Source: Actinomycetes bacterium (GTDB lineage: Bacteria > Actinomycetota > Acidimicrobiia > Acidimicrobiales > JAKAOS01). Taken from it: a stretch of DNA of 64,000 nucleotides. Shown one piece after another: positions 26,973 through 36,900 of this stretch. The position numbers and the translations under genes were made by a program. The notes below the pieces were generated by a model, which made no database searches, was not told where the DNA came from, and saw only the letters and a program-made list of their open reading frames with translations. Numbering within the stretch: the stretch's first letter is position 1; each line of letters starts with the position of its first letter. Where the stretch lies: the NCBI GenBank assembly GCA_021791675.1, contig JAJYWE010000004.1, positions 28,054-92,053 on the forward strand, given 5' to 3'.

Positions 26973-28544
26973 GTGAGCGACAGACCAGAGCACGACTTCG
27001 GTTCCCTCGTCGTCCGGTTGGTCGCGCCGTCCGAGGTCGCGCGCTTCAACGAGCTGCTCGACCAGCACCACTACCTCGGGCACAACCTCGTAGGTCGCGT
27101 CCTTCGCTACGTCGCCTGCGAGGACGACGAGTGGGTTGCGCTGCTCGGCTTCGGCTCGCCGGCGCTCAGTCTCCGCCCCCGGGAGGACTTCATCGGCTGG
27201 AGCGAGCAGACCAAGAGCCGCCGCCTGCGCTTTGTCTTGAACAACCAGAGATTCTGCGTCCTCGACGACCGGAGGCGGAAGAACCTCGCCTCTGCGGTGC
27301 TCAGCCGCACCTTGAAACGCGTGAGCGAGGACGCACAGGCTGCCTACGGCGATCCGGTGCTCCTGGTCGAGACCTTCACCGATCCCACTCGCCACCGAGG
27401 CACCTGCTACAAGGCCGCCAACTTCGTGCTCGTCGGACAGACCTCTGGCTACGGGCGCAAGGGTGGTTCGTGGGTCCGCCACGACGTCGTGAAGTACGCC
27501 TGGCTCTACCCGCTCGAAAAGCGCGCCCGGGCGATGCTCGCGGCTCCCTTCGACCATCCGCTGCTCCAGTCAGTGATGAAAAGGAGGAAGGACGTGGCTG
27601 ACCTCAACACCGTGGTCATCGACGGCGAGGGTGGGTTGTACACGCGGCTCTCTGCGCTACCTGATCACCGAAAGCCGAAGGGCGTGCGCCACAAGCTCGC
27701 GGCGGTGCTCCTCGTCTGCGCTGCGGCCATCCTCTGCGATTGCAAGGGCCCGGCCGAGATCGCCGAGTGGGCAGGGGACCTCGATGACGATGCACGAGTG
27801 AGACTCCACTGCCGGCGACAGCCGATGACCGGACACCTGGTCGTGCCGAGTGAGTCGACGATCCAGCGCACACTTCGCCGCGTCGACAAAGAGGCGTTCG
27901 ACCGGATCATCAACGAGACGGTCCACCAGGCCCTCACCAAGCGCGCCGCCGATGCGTTGGCGCACAGCCAAGAGGTGACCGAAGACGAGGCGGAGCCAGG
28001 GGCGGCCGGTGACCACGACACCGGCCACGACGCGCTGATCGCCCCGGTCGACCTCGACGAGGCCGACGAGGACGAGGCCGACAACGACGGCGAGGCCGAC
28101 GTGGCCGCACCTCGCTGCCTCGCGGTCGATGGCAAGAGCCTGCGCGGCGCGATCCGAGACGACGGACGCCTCCTGCACCTGCTCTCGGTGCTCACCCAGA
28201 AGGAGCGGGTGGTGATCGGCCAGGAGGAGGTGGACCACAAGACGAACGAGATCAACCACTTCGCGCCGCTGCTCGCCCCGCTCGACATCAAAGGGAACCT
28301 GGTCACCGCCGACTCGTTGCACACCCAGCGCAAGCACGCCCACTTTCTCGTGGACAAGAAGAAGGCCGACTTCCTGTTCTACGCCGACCTGAACCAGCCG
28401 AAGCTCTACGAGGCAATCGCCGGGCTGGAAGAGGAGGACTGGTCGGAGCCCTACACCGAGACCGACAAGGGACACGGCCGGATCGAGACCCGCACGATCT
28501 GGACCTCGACCAAGATCGGCAAGAGCATCACCTTCCCTCACGTC
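26973..28544 (+). pseudogene. ISAs1-family transposase with N-terminal DUF4338-like domain, 5' part (interrupted)
   Basis: LLVETFTDPTRHRGTCYKAANFVLVGQTSGYGRKG is DUF4338-like; CLAVDGKSLRGA is the ISAs1 DDE region. The frame breaks after ...ITFPHV at the IS3 insertion. Confidence 0.75.
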
Positions 28545-28574
28545 TGGGCTTCCCCCCGCAGGCCGGACACCGAT

Positions 28575-29738
28575 CTATGCAGCTTCTTGGTGTTGCAATG
28601 ACTCCTCGTACTCCCTGGGGGACATGTAGTTCAAAGAGCTGTGAAGTCTTTCGGTATTATACCAGCAGATCCACTCAAAGATGGCGAGACGGGCTTGTTC
28701 TCGTGTGGTAAAGTGTTCGTCGTCCACGAGCTCTCGTTTCAACGATGACCAGAGGCTCTCAGCCATGGCATTGTCGTAGGATTCGCCGACGGTCCCCATG
28801 GACTGTGTGATCCCCATCCGTTTGCAGCACTCCCGGAAGAGGCTCGACGTGTACTGGGAGCCGTGGTCGGAGTGGAAGATGGTGCCGGGGAAGCGTTTCT
28901 TGTTCCGGGTGGCTGCTGCGGCGGCGAGGGCGTCCTCGCACAGCTCTGCCCGCATGTGGTCGGCGATCGACCAGCCGATCAGCCCACGGGTGCAACAGTC
29001 GAGGACGGAGGCGACGAAGACCCACCCCTCGTCCGTCGGGACGTAGGTGATGTCGCCCAGCCAGAGCGCATCGGGCCGCTCTGCAGTGAAGTTCCGGCCC
29101 ACCAGGTCCGGTGCTGATGTGGCGTCGGGGTCGCGCCGGGTGGTGCAGAACTTGCGCCGTCCGCTCTTGCCGGCGATCCCGAGCTCGCTCATGAGCCGGG
29201 CCACGCGCTTCTCGTTCAGCTTCCACCCGGCCCTGCGCAGCTCGGCGGTGATCCTCGGGGCCCCGTAACGGCGCCGAGCGTGACGCCAGGCGTCGACGAT
29301 GGCATTCGCCACGACGGCCTCGTCGATCAGCCCCTCGGAGGGTGTCCTCCCCCGGGAGCGCCACGAGTAGTAGGCGGAGGAGGAGACCCTGGTCACGCTG
29401 CAGAGCAACCGGACCGGGAAGTTCGCGGTCTCGGACTCGATGAAGCGGTAGATCCGCTCACGTTCTCCGCCCGGGGACTCGAAGCCAGCCAGGCGACGAG
29501 CGATCTCGGCCTCTGCCTCAAGGGTGCTCACCCGCCGGAGCAGCGCCTCGATCCGGCGTCCCTCGCCGCCACGAGCTCCTTCGCTCATCTCGACTCTCCC
29601 TTCACCCAGTAGCGCGTGAAGCGCTTCAGGATCTCGATCTCGTCCTCGAGCTCGCGGATCCGCTTGCGCAACCGGGCCTCCTCCTTCGCGGCCTCTTGCT
29701 CTCCAGAAGAAGCCTCTTGCTTCGCGGCCCGGATCCAC
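28575..29738 (-). CDS. IS3-family transposase OrfB frame (expressed via -1 frameshift from OrfA)
   Basis: rve/DDE region: [16 protein letters not shown]...[11 protein letters not shown]...DNAMAESLW. The frame is -1 relative to orfA and has no independent start. Confidence 0.8.
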   Translation of the reverse strand: MDPGREARGFFWRARGREGGGPVAQADPRARGRDRDPEALHALLGEGRVEMSEGARGGEGRRIEALLRRVSTLEAEAEIARRLAGFESPGGERERIYRFIESETANFPVRLLCSVTRVSSSAYYSWRSRGRTPSEGLIDEAVVANAIVDAWRHARRRYGAPRITAELRRAGWKLNEKRVARLMSELGIAGKSGRRKFCTTRRDPDATSAPDLVGRNFTAERPDALWLGDITYVPTDEGWVFVASVLDCCTRGLIGWSIADHMRAELCEDALAAAAATRNKKRFPGTIFHSDHGSQYTSSLFRECCKRMGITQSMGTVGESYDNAMAESLWSSLKRELVDDEHFTTREQARLAIFEWICWYNTERLHSSLNYMSPREYEESLQHQEAA

Positions 29739-29872
29739 GTCCCGAGGGAGGTGTCCGAGACCCCCAACTCGCGCGCCACATCCTTCAGTGGCCGGCCGGA
29801 GCTCCGGTAGAGCGCCACGGCATCTCGCTTGAACTCGTCCGTGTAGCGGCGGGTCGTCGGTCCCTTCCCCAT
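29585..29872 (-). CDS. IS3-family transposase OrfA
   Basis: [43 protein letters not shown], then a leucine-zipper-like tail. Confidence 0.85.
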   Translation of the reverse strand: MGKGPTTRRYTDEFKRDAVALYRSSGRPLKDVARELGVSDTSLGTWIRAAKQEASSGEQEAAKEEARLRKRIRELEDEIEILKRFTRYWVKGESR

Positions 29873-29935
29873 TTCCCTATCCTCCTCCAGCTGTGCTGGT
29901 TCGGGGTGTCCGGGCTATGGGGGGAGGTTCACGTC

Positions 29936-30280
29936 ACCCAGCTGGTGCGCATCATGCGCGAGGTAGACGACGCTCGGACCAGGACCGCACGGCACACCGA
30001 GACCGTCTACGGGGTGACGAGCACCAACGCGGGAAGGCGGGTGCTGCTGGCGGCCAGCAGGGGCCAGTGGCAGATCGAGAACGGCCTGCACTGGGTGCGG
30101 GACGCGACGATGGGAGAGGACGCCTCCAAGGTGCGTTCGGGCTCCGCTCCCCGGGTGCTCGCCACCCTCCGCAACCTGGCGATCGGAATCCTCCGCCTGG
30201 CCGGTGTCGGAAACATCGCCAAGGGCCTGCGTCACCTCTCGCGTCGACCTGCAATCGCGCTCAGCTTGCTCGGGTTGTAG
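29936..30280 (+). pseudogene. ISAs1-family transposase, 3' part
   Basis: [44 protein letters not shown] is the ISAs1 C-terminal signature. It joins in frame to 28544 once the IS3 and one CGTC copy are removed. Confidence 0.75.
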
Positions 30281-30564
30281 CTTCACCGCGGTCAACGACG
30301 CAACGACCGGCACGCGGCGCTTCGTCGCGCGCCTTGGGGCTGACCGCTCCGTTCCATCACCCGTCGGCGGCGTGTCGATCTCTCCGGGATGCGCTCGATG
30401 TGGGGCCTGCGAGATCCCTGGCTCGGCCGCACCACGGCGCGCTATCTACATCCGTGTACTTTGACTGATTCCCTGGCCCTTACCGCCGCTCACCTAGGTG
30501 GAATGCATGATAATACCCCTTCTAACGCACACTGACGTGCATGATAACATGATAGGCTGCCTGC

Positions 30565-31554
30565 ATGAGCGTCACTCCTGTCGACACCACTCGTCCCACC
30601 CTTGCCGTGCCTCTCTTGGCCGCCGACCGCACCGCAGTCGAGGCCGCCTTGGCGGCGGCGCGGAGCCCGGCGACCCGCCGAGCCTACGAGAGCCAGATGG
30701 GTGCATGGACGCGGTGGGCCGGTGAGCGGGGCTATCCGCTCGGCCCGCCGGCCGAGCCCGAGCACCTCGCCGGATGGCTGGTGTGGCTCGCGCAGCAAGG
30801 GCGCTCGGCGAGCAGCATCGGCCAGGCCGCAGCGGCTATCTCCGCCGCCCACGCAGACGCCGGCATCCCCGATCCGACACAGCACCAAGGCGTCCGGCTC
30901 ACCCTCGCCGGCATCCGGCGCCAGGTCGGCACCGCACCCCGCCGGCTGGCGCACCCGCTCACCACAGACGAGATCCGCAGGATCGTGGACGGGATCAACC
31001 GTGACAGCCTGCGTGGCAAGCGGGACAGCGCACTGGTCCTGATCGGCTACGCGGGCGCGCTGCGCCGGAGCGAGCTGGCCGGCCTGAGGACCAGCGACCT
31101 GTCCATCAGGCCCGCTGGCATCGTCGTCACCATCCGCAGGAGTAAGACCGACCAGGTCTCCGCCGGCCAGGTCGTCGGGATCGCCCGTGGGCGATCACCT
31201 GTTACCGATCCCGTCGCCGCCGTGCGCGACTGGATCGGTGCGGCTGGACTGGATGGCGACAGGTGGCTCTACCCGACCATTGCGTGGTCGGACGCGCGGC
31301 CGCTCTGCCGGCCGATCCGTGGCGAGGACGTGTGCCGCATCCTCGTGCGCCGCGCAGCGGCGGTCGGACTCGGCGACCTGCCGATAAGCGGTCACTCACT
31401 CCGGGCCGGGCACGCCACCACGGCCGCCCGGGCGGGAGTGCCCGCCGACCGTCTGGCCCGGACGACGCGGCACCGCAGCCTGTCCAGCCTCGCTCGTTAC
31501 GTCCGACCGGCCGAGGCGCTGGCCGACACCAGCTCGGCCGATCTCGGCCTGTGA
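30565..31554 (+). CDS. tyrosine site-specific recombinase (second one in element B)
   Basis: SAM-like N-terminal domain; catalytic region ...LRRSELAGL...GHSLRAGHATTAA...RHRSLSSLARY (R, HxxR, Y). Confidence 0.8.
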   Translation: MSVTPVDTTRPTLAVPLLAADRTAVEAALAAARSPATRRAYESQMGAWTRWAGERGYPLGPPAEPEHLAGWLVWLAQQGRSASSIGQAAAAISAAHADAGIPDPTQHQGVRLTLAGIRRQVGTAPRRLAHPLTTDEIRRIVDGINRDSLRGKRDSALVLIGYAGALRRSELAGLRTSDLSIRPAGIVVTIRRSKTDQVSAGQVVGIARGRSPVTDPVAAVRDWIGAAGLDGDRWLYPTIAWSDARPLCRPIRGEDVCRILVRRAAAVGLGDLPISGHSLRAGHATTAARAGVPADRLARTTRHRSLSSLARYVRPAEALADTSSADLGL

Positions 31555-32261
31555 GCGACGCCGAGCTCAGCGACGCCGAGAAGCGTCGGGATCGTGCGGT
31601 CGGACTCTGGGTGCCGTGCCTGATCAGCCCGCTCGTTCCTCTCGCGCAGCGCGTTCAGGCCGAGTCGGAGCTGGCGAATCTCGCTGGAGAATCACCGAGC
31701 TGGGCGGCGCTGCTGTGGGGCGGGTTGATCGCTGAGCTCGCCTGCACCCTGCCGGCGGCAGACCCGTGGCGGGACTGCTCCGCACGGGCCGGAGGGGCGA
31801 CCGTTGGCGGCTTCCCGCCCTCAGCCGACGGTGCGGTGCTCGCCGACGGACAGCCACTCGGACACTTTCGCGACTTCGCCGCAGCGGGACTCGAGCTCGA
31901 GCCGGTCCTCGACGACTGCGTCGAGGAGGACCTGGATCTGGCTCCGGTGGCCACGCCGCTCGATCAACAGGCAGCGGCGCTGATCGCCTTTGGTTTCGAC
32001 GGGTGGCGGGCGGGCGTCGCGGCCGCCGGGCATTTCGCCGGCCTCCACGGCGGCGCTCGGTTCGCCCGCTCGGGCATTGACGCGTTCCGCTGGGTGGCGT
32101 TCCGGAGGCAGGTGTGGAAACGGGGGCTGCCCGACCCGTATCCGCCGTCCAGCGTGCTCATGTGGAACGCCCGCTCCGGAAGGGCTGATTTCGGGAGCGC
32201 AGCCGACGACGCTATGGTCACCGAGGACATCCTCGCCCACCGGTTGGTGCGCCGTGATTGA
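31551..32261 (+). CDS. hypothetical protein coupled to the recombinase
   Basis: GTG at 31551 forms a GTGA overlap with the recombinase stop. 236 aa; no family recognised. Confidence 0.45.
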   Translation: MSDAELSDAEKRRDRAVGLWVPCLISPLVPLAQRVQAESELANLAGESPSWAALLWGGLIAELACTLPAADPWRDCSARAGGATVGGFPPSADGAVLADGQPLGHFRDFAAAGLELEPVLDDCVEEDLDLAPVATPLDQQAAALIAFGFDGWRAGVAAAGHFAGLHGGARFARSGIDAFRWVAFRRQVWKRGLPDPYPPSSVLMWNARSGRADFGSAADDAMVTEDILAHRLVRRD

Positions 32262-32272
32262 GCGGCCGGCGA

Positions 32273-32557
32273 TCAGGCGCCGGAGCCGTTGATCCCCGAC
32301 GAGATCTGACTCGAGACGCCGCCGATCTGGCTTGCGATCGAGTGGAGGTCAGCGACGGCGGCAGACGCGGCCCAGATCGCGACGACGACGAGCACGAGGA
32401 CGAGGATCCGTAACATGACGCGAGTCGTCACGTCGGCGAGGTCCACCCATGCGCGAGCGCGCGCCGGATCGAGGCCGTCGAGCCGGGCGACCAACGCGGC
32501 CTGCCAGGACCGCCGCGTGGGCGATCCTGGCAGGCGTGATACGGGCGGTGCCATCAT
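32273..32557 (-). CDS. small membrane protein
   Basis: ATGA overlap with the upstream stop; single TM segment MLRILVLVLVVVAIWAASAAV. Confidence 0.45.
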   Translation of the reverse strand: MMAPPVSRLPGSPTRRSWQAALVARLDGLDPARARAWVDLADVTTRVMLRILVLVLVVVAIWAASAAVADLHSIASQIGGVSSQISSGINGSGA

Positions 32558-32913
32558 GCCGCCGCCGCCTGGCGGAGCCGGATCTGCTGTGCCGCTGCGT
32601 CGCCGTCGTGCACACATCCGGGTGCGCACCCGGCGCCGTAGGTGATCCAGGCGACACGCCACCCCGCCGCTTCGACGCGGCTCACCGCGCGTCGCGGTGA
32701 GCCGAAGTCGCCAGCGGCGCGAGTTGCGAGCCCTCCCGCGGAGGGCCAGATGCCGGCGAGGTCGGGCGACCTGCCGGCGGGGGACGCGCCGAGCAAGTCG
32801 GCGATGTCGTCCCACGGCACGCGGAGCGCGTCGTCCTCGCTGGCGGCGATGAGCTGGAGTCGGTCGCCATCGTGGGACAGGGCAGCGATGAGCTGGGGCT
32901 TGCTGGTGGTCAC
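32554..32913 (-). CDS. hypothetical protein
   Basis: GTG preceded by AAGGAGGAG. The 11-mer CCGCCCTCATA lies 46 nt upstream. Confidence 0.5.
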   Translation of the reverse strand: MTTSKPQLIAALSHDGDRLQLIAASEDDALRVPWDDIADLLGASPAGRSPDLAGIWPSAGGLATRAAGDFGSPRRAVSRVEAAGWRVAWITYGAGCAPGCVHDGDAAAQQIRLRQAAAA

Positions 32914-33009
32914 GTCTCCTCCTTATTGTTGGGCCGGAGGGGCAGTCCCCCCGTGTGTATATGAGGGCGGGGGTGCGCACCTCCGACCACGTGACCATGT
33001 TAGCAGTAA

Positions 33010-33939
33010 TCAACTACTAACCCGTCCGTCCGGCACCCGGACCGCCCCGCGCCCCGCGGTGAGCTCGACGGAGACGCAGTGCTCGCCGCGGAACGTCTCG
33101 GTGACGGAAAGCGGTGCGCCCGCAGCGGCGAGTCGTAGCGCTGCGAGCTGCGGGCCGTGCGCGTCCAGCCAGGCGAGGGCGTCGAGTTGGAGTGCGAGCG
33201 GTTCGGGGGACTCCGCGACGCTCGGCGGCGCACCGCGGAGCGTGAGGGTGCCCATCTGCCAGGTGTCGAGGATTGTCTGCGCACCGGGCGGGACCGGCGC
33301 TGCGCCGGCCGGGGCCCGCGACGGCGACGGTGGCACGCTGGCGGTGTCAACGAGGCGGGCCACGATGAGCAGGCGGTCGGGGGTGAACCAGAGCGCGTTG
33401 GGCGGCCAGCAAGAGTCGAGCACCAGTTCGTGCGAGCCAACCTGCGGGATCGTCTGGCCGGGCTTCGCTACCAGGGAGCGGACGACGGCGAAGGTGGACC
33501 GCTCGCACCCGGCGGTGTAGGAGAGGGTCTGGCCCGGGCGGAGCGAGGCGTTCCGGGCGAAGTAGCCGACGTCGTGTGCCAGTAGCACGCTGGTGCCTGC
33601 CTGGCCGGGCCAGGGAGTGCCGGCGTCGTGACCCACCGCGACGGCGAGCGTCGCGCTGGACGTGCCCTGGACCACCGGCGCGGAGACGCCGCCCGGCAGG
33701 CCGGAGAGCACGCCCCCCGTGGCGGACGACGGCTCGCAGCGAACCGTCTCCACGGTCACGGGGGCGCGGCCGGGCCGCCTCTCGACCTGGCGGCTCTCGA
33801 CCTGGCGCGGGGCGCGTGACGCGGCGAGGGATGCGCCGACGACGGCCTGGTGGTGGGTCCAGAGGGCCGGGTAGGCGATCAGCACGCCGCTCGCAGCAAG
33901 GAGCGTGACGCCGGTGGCGAGTGCGACGGTGCGCAGCAT
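33010..33939 (-). CDS. sortase-family transpeptidase
   Basis: ATG at 33939 preceded by GAGGAGG; N-terminal TM; His region GTSVLLAHDVGYF; Cys region HELVLDSCWP; downstream Arg in RLLIVARLV. Confidence 0.7.
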   Translation of the reverse strand: MLRTVALATGVTLLAASGVLIAYPALWTHHQAVVGASLAASRAPRQVESRQVERRPGRAPVTVETVRCEPSSATGGVLSGLPGGVSAPVVQGTSSATLAVAVGHDAGTPWPGQAGTSVLLAHDVGYFARNASLRPGQTLSYTAGCERSTFAVVRSLVAKPGQTIPQVGSHELVLDSCWPPNALWFTPDRLLIVARLVDTASVPPSPSRAPAGAAPVPPGAQTILDTWQMGTLTLRGAPPSVAESPEPLALQLDALAWLDAHGPQLAALRLAAAGAPLSVTETFRGEHCVSVELTAGRGAVRVPDGRVSS

Positions 33940-33958
33940 GGGCGACCTCCTCGCCTGA

Positions 33959-36900
33959 TCAGGCAAGGTCCTCTGGGCGGGAAGCCACTCGCGCCCAGAG
34001 GACCTTGCCACCTCTCCGCGGGGGCACCACGCCCGCGGAGGGGGAGCTTGGGACGGATCTGCCCGCCCGCCGCCGCGGGGCGACGAGGGCGAGGCCGGCG
34101 AGGCCGAGACCTGCGGCGAGCAGGTAGTAGGTCACCCCGCCGGACCACGGCTCACCGGTGTGGGCCGGGGGGACCTTGGCCGGGGCCGGGGGGACCACCG
34201 GGGCCGGGGGCTTGGCTGGGGCCGGGGGGATCACCGGGGCCGGGGGCTTGGCCGGGGGGGAGGTGACGACGATGGACCAGGTGCCCTGGCCGGTGTAGGG
34301 GTCGCCGTAGTCCGGCGAGGTCGACTCGATCCCCTGCGGGGTCGCGATGAGGTGGCCGGAGGTGGCGGACGACCCTGCCACGAGACCAGGCGAGGTGACC
34401 TGCCCGGCCGAGTTGGTCACACCGTTCGCGGTGCTCGCCCCACCGGCGAACGTGACGCCGCTCGGGGCTGCGAACCGGACTTCCACGCCCGGTGCCGGCG
34501 AGCCGTCCGGCAGCGTGGCGGTGGCCGTCACGCCGGCGTGGCTGCCGCCCGTGGACATGTCCACGGTGCCGGAGCCGGCGAGGGTGACGGTGGGCCGCGC
34601 AGGTGCGCTTACGGCGGTGAGCACGTAACTACCGGCCCCCGACTCGGCCGCTGGCAGCCACGGCGACCACCCGGCATACCCCGCCGGCGTCGCGGTCGCG
34701 ACCAGGCCCGATAAGGCATAGTCGGCCACCAGCGGGGGGCTGGTCGCAACCCCCACCGAGTTGGTCACACCGTTCGCGGTGCTCGCCCCACCCACGAACG
34801 TGACGCCGGCCGGGGCCCGGAAGTCCACGGTGACACCGGACGCCGGGACGCCGGGGTCCGTCGCCACGGCAACCAGTCCACGGAACTGCTGGCCGACCCG
34901 GACAGTCTGGCTGCCGCTCCCCGTGAGCACGACGTGCGGCACCGTGCCGGCGACGAGCAGCTGTTGGGTGGCCGTGGTGGCCGGCTGGGCAGACAGCGCG
35001 AGCGACGAGCTCGACGTGCGCGCTGTGGCCGCCCAGGTGTGCCAGCCGGGCGCGAGCCCAGTGGCTTGGCAGGTCGCCACCGCGGGGACGGGACCGCCGC
35101 CCGTGGGGGGGTTGGACGTCGACACTGCCACCTGCACGTCCTGGCAGCCGTCGACGGGCAACCCGTCGACGCTGAAACCGACCGCCACCGGCAGGGCGGC
35201 GGGGCCGAACGCGTCGCCCATGCCCGGCCATGTCGGTCGGACCGACACGTCCGCGGTGAGCGTCGCGGTCGCCCCGGTCGGCGCCGTAATCGTGGTCCCC
35301 GCCGCGATCAGGTGGGGCAGGCTCTGCGCCGTGCGCGACACGACCGGATGCACCGCCGCGGGCGTGCCGGGACCAGACCAAAGGGCGTCGTAGGCGGTGA
35401 CACCGCCGACCGAGACGTCGTAGCCGAGCTCGGCGATGCTCGCGGCGTCGCTGACCGATACAGGACCGCGCTGGCACGCCGGACCCGACCACCACGATCC
35501 ATAGGGCACGCACACGATCTGGGGGCTGGCAAGTGGCGCGAGCAGCGCCCCCCAGCCGGTCGCTGACGACGACGGCCCCACCCCCCAGGCGGTCGGGGCG
35601 GGAGCGAGCCCGTCGACGATCACCTGGTAGCCGGGGGCGGCAGTAGACGGTGCGTCGATGGGCCTGAGGTGCGGGACGTACTGGTCCATCCCGCCGACCA
35701 TCACGCCCCAGGTCTCGAGGGCCTGGTGGCCCGGCAGGATCACGCTGGCCGCCCCTGCCAGCCACTCGCCGGCAGTAGGTGGGGCGATCTCTGGCGTGGT
35801 GCCAGAGATCGAGGAATCGCCGTGCCACGTGTTTGCCGTCGCGACAGCGACGGCGGACGGCACGGTGACGGCGAGCGGTGTGCCGGTGAAAAACGTCTCG
35901 CCCGCCACGGGCAGGGTCCCCGTGGCCGGCGTGGCGCCGGTGACGCGCCAGGTGGTCGGCCCGGCCGCCCTGACCACCGGCGGTACCCAGGTGGTCAGGC
36001 CGTTGACGGTGGTGGTGGGCGCCGCCGACCAAGAGACTGTCTCCGCGGCGTACGAGACCTCGAGCAGCCCACCCCACAGCGACATGGTCTGGGGCGGGAG
36101 GGTGGCGAGCTCAGTGAGCGCACCGGACGGGCTGGCGGTCACCGTCGCCGTCGGGTGCGCCGACGCCGAGAGCGTCTGGGCGTCGGAGTACCCTGCGCTG
36201 CCGAGCGCGTCTGCGACCGTCGGTGCTCCTGCGGCGGTCGGCCCGAGGATCGGCCCGAGGTCCGACGTCGATCCGGTCGGTGGGGTGGCGACGTAGACGG
36301 TGTGGGGAGCGTCGACCTGCTGTGCCATCTGGCGCTGGCCCGAGGCGGACCACGTTGCGGTCTCGCTGCCGTAGCCGCCGTAGCCGCTTGTAAAGCCGGC
36401 GGCGTCGGACCCCGGCCCCCAGAGCGCGGCGCCCCCCGATCCGGTGATCGGGCTGGCGCCGGATCCAACCTCCGGGAGCTGCGGGCGGATGCCGGTGCCG
36501 GCGGCGCCGTCGAACGCGGTCCCCGGCGGCAAGGCAGATGCCCAGATCGCGGGGACCTGTGTGTAAGAGGTCCCCGCGACCAGCTCAGCGGGGACCTCGG
36601 TCCCATCTCCCCCGCCCGGTATGACGCCGGCTGCTGCTGGCTGGAGGAAGACCGACGACGCCTGTGCGGGATCCAAGGACATCGTGGCCGTCGCTGCCGT
36701 CGGGTAGCCGGTCGGGGCCGAGCTCGGCCGGAGGATGGCGATCTGCCCCGGCGGACCGCTGCCACCGCCGTTGAGCGGCACGATCCGGGCATAGGTGTCA
36801 CTGCCGATCGCTAGGCCCGAGACGGTGTAGGTGGTAGCGGTGCCCGGCAGCGTCGTCACGACCGACCACGGCCCGGTCGGGACCGGAGAGGTCTCGACCC

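Larger units (their letters stand above)
28545..29931 (-). mobile_element. IS3-family insertion sequence (1387 bp)
   Basis: TG...CA termini, imperfect inverted repeats (about 21/28), 4-bp target duplication CGTC at 28541-28544 and 29932-29935. orfA/orfB overlap in the -1 frame. Confidence 0.85.
26879..30475 (+). mobile_element. ISAs1-family insertion sequence (carrying a nested IS3-family element)
   Basis: 10-bp target duplication GCCCTTACCG at 26869-26878 and 30476-30485. Terminal inverted repeats CAGGG..AGTCAAAGTA / TACTTTGACT..CCCTG. Confidence 0.75.
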
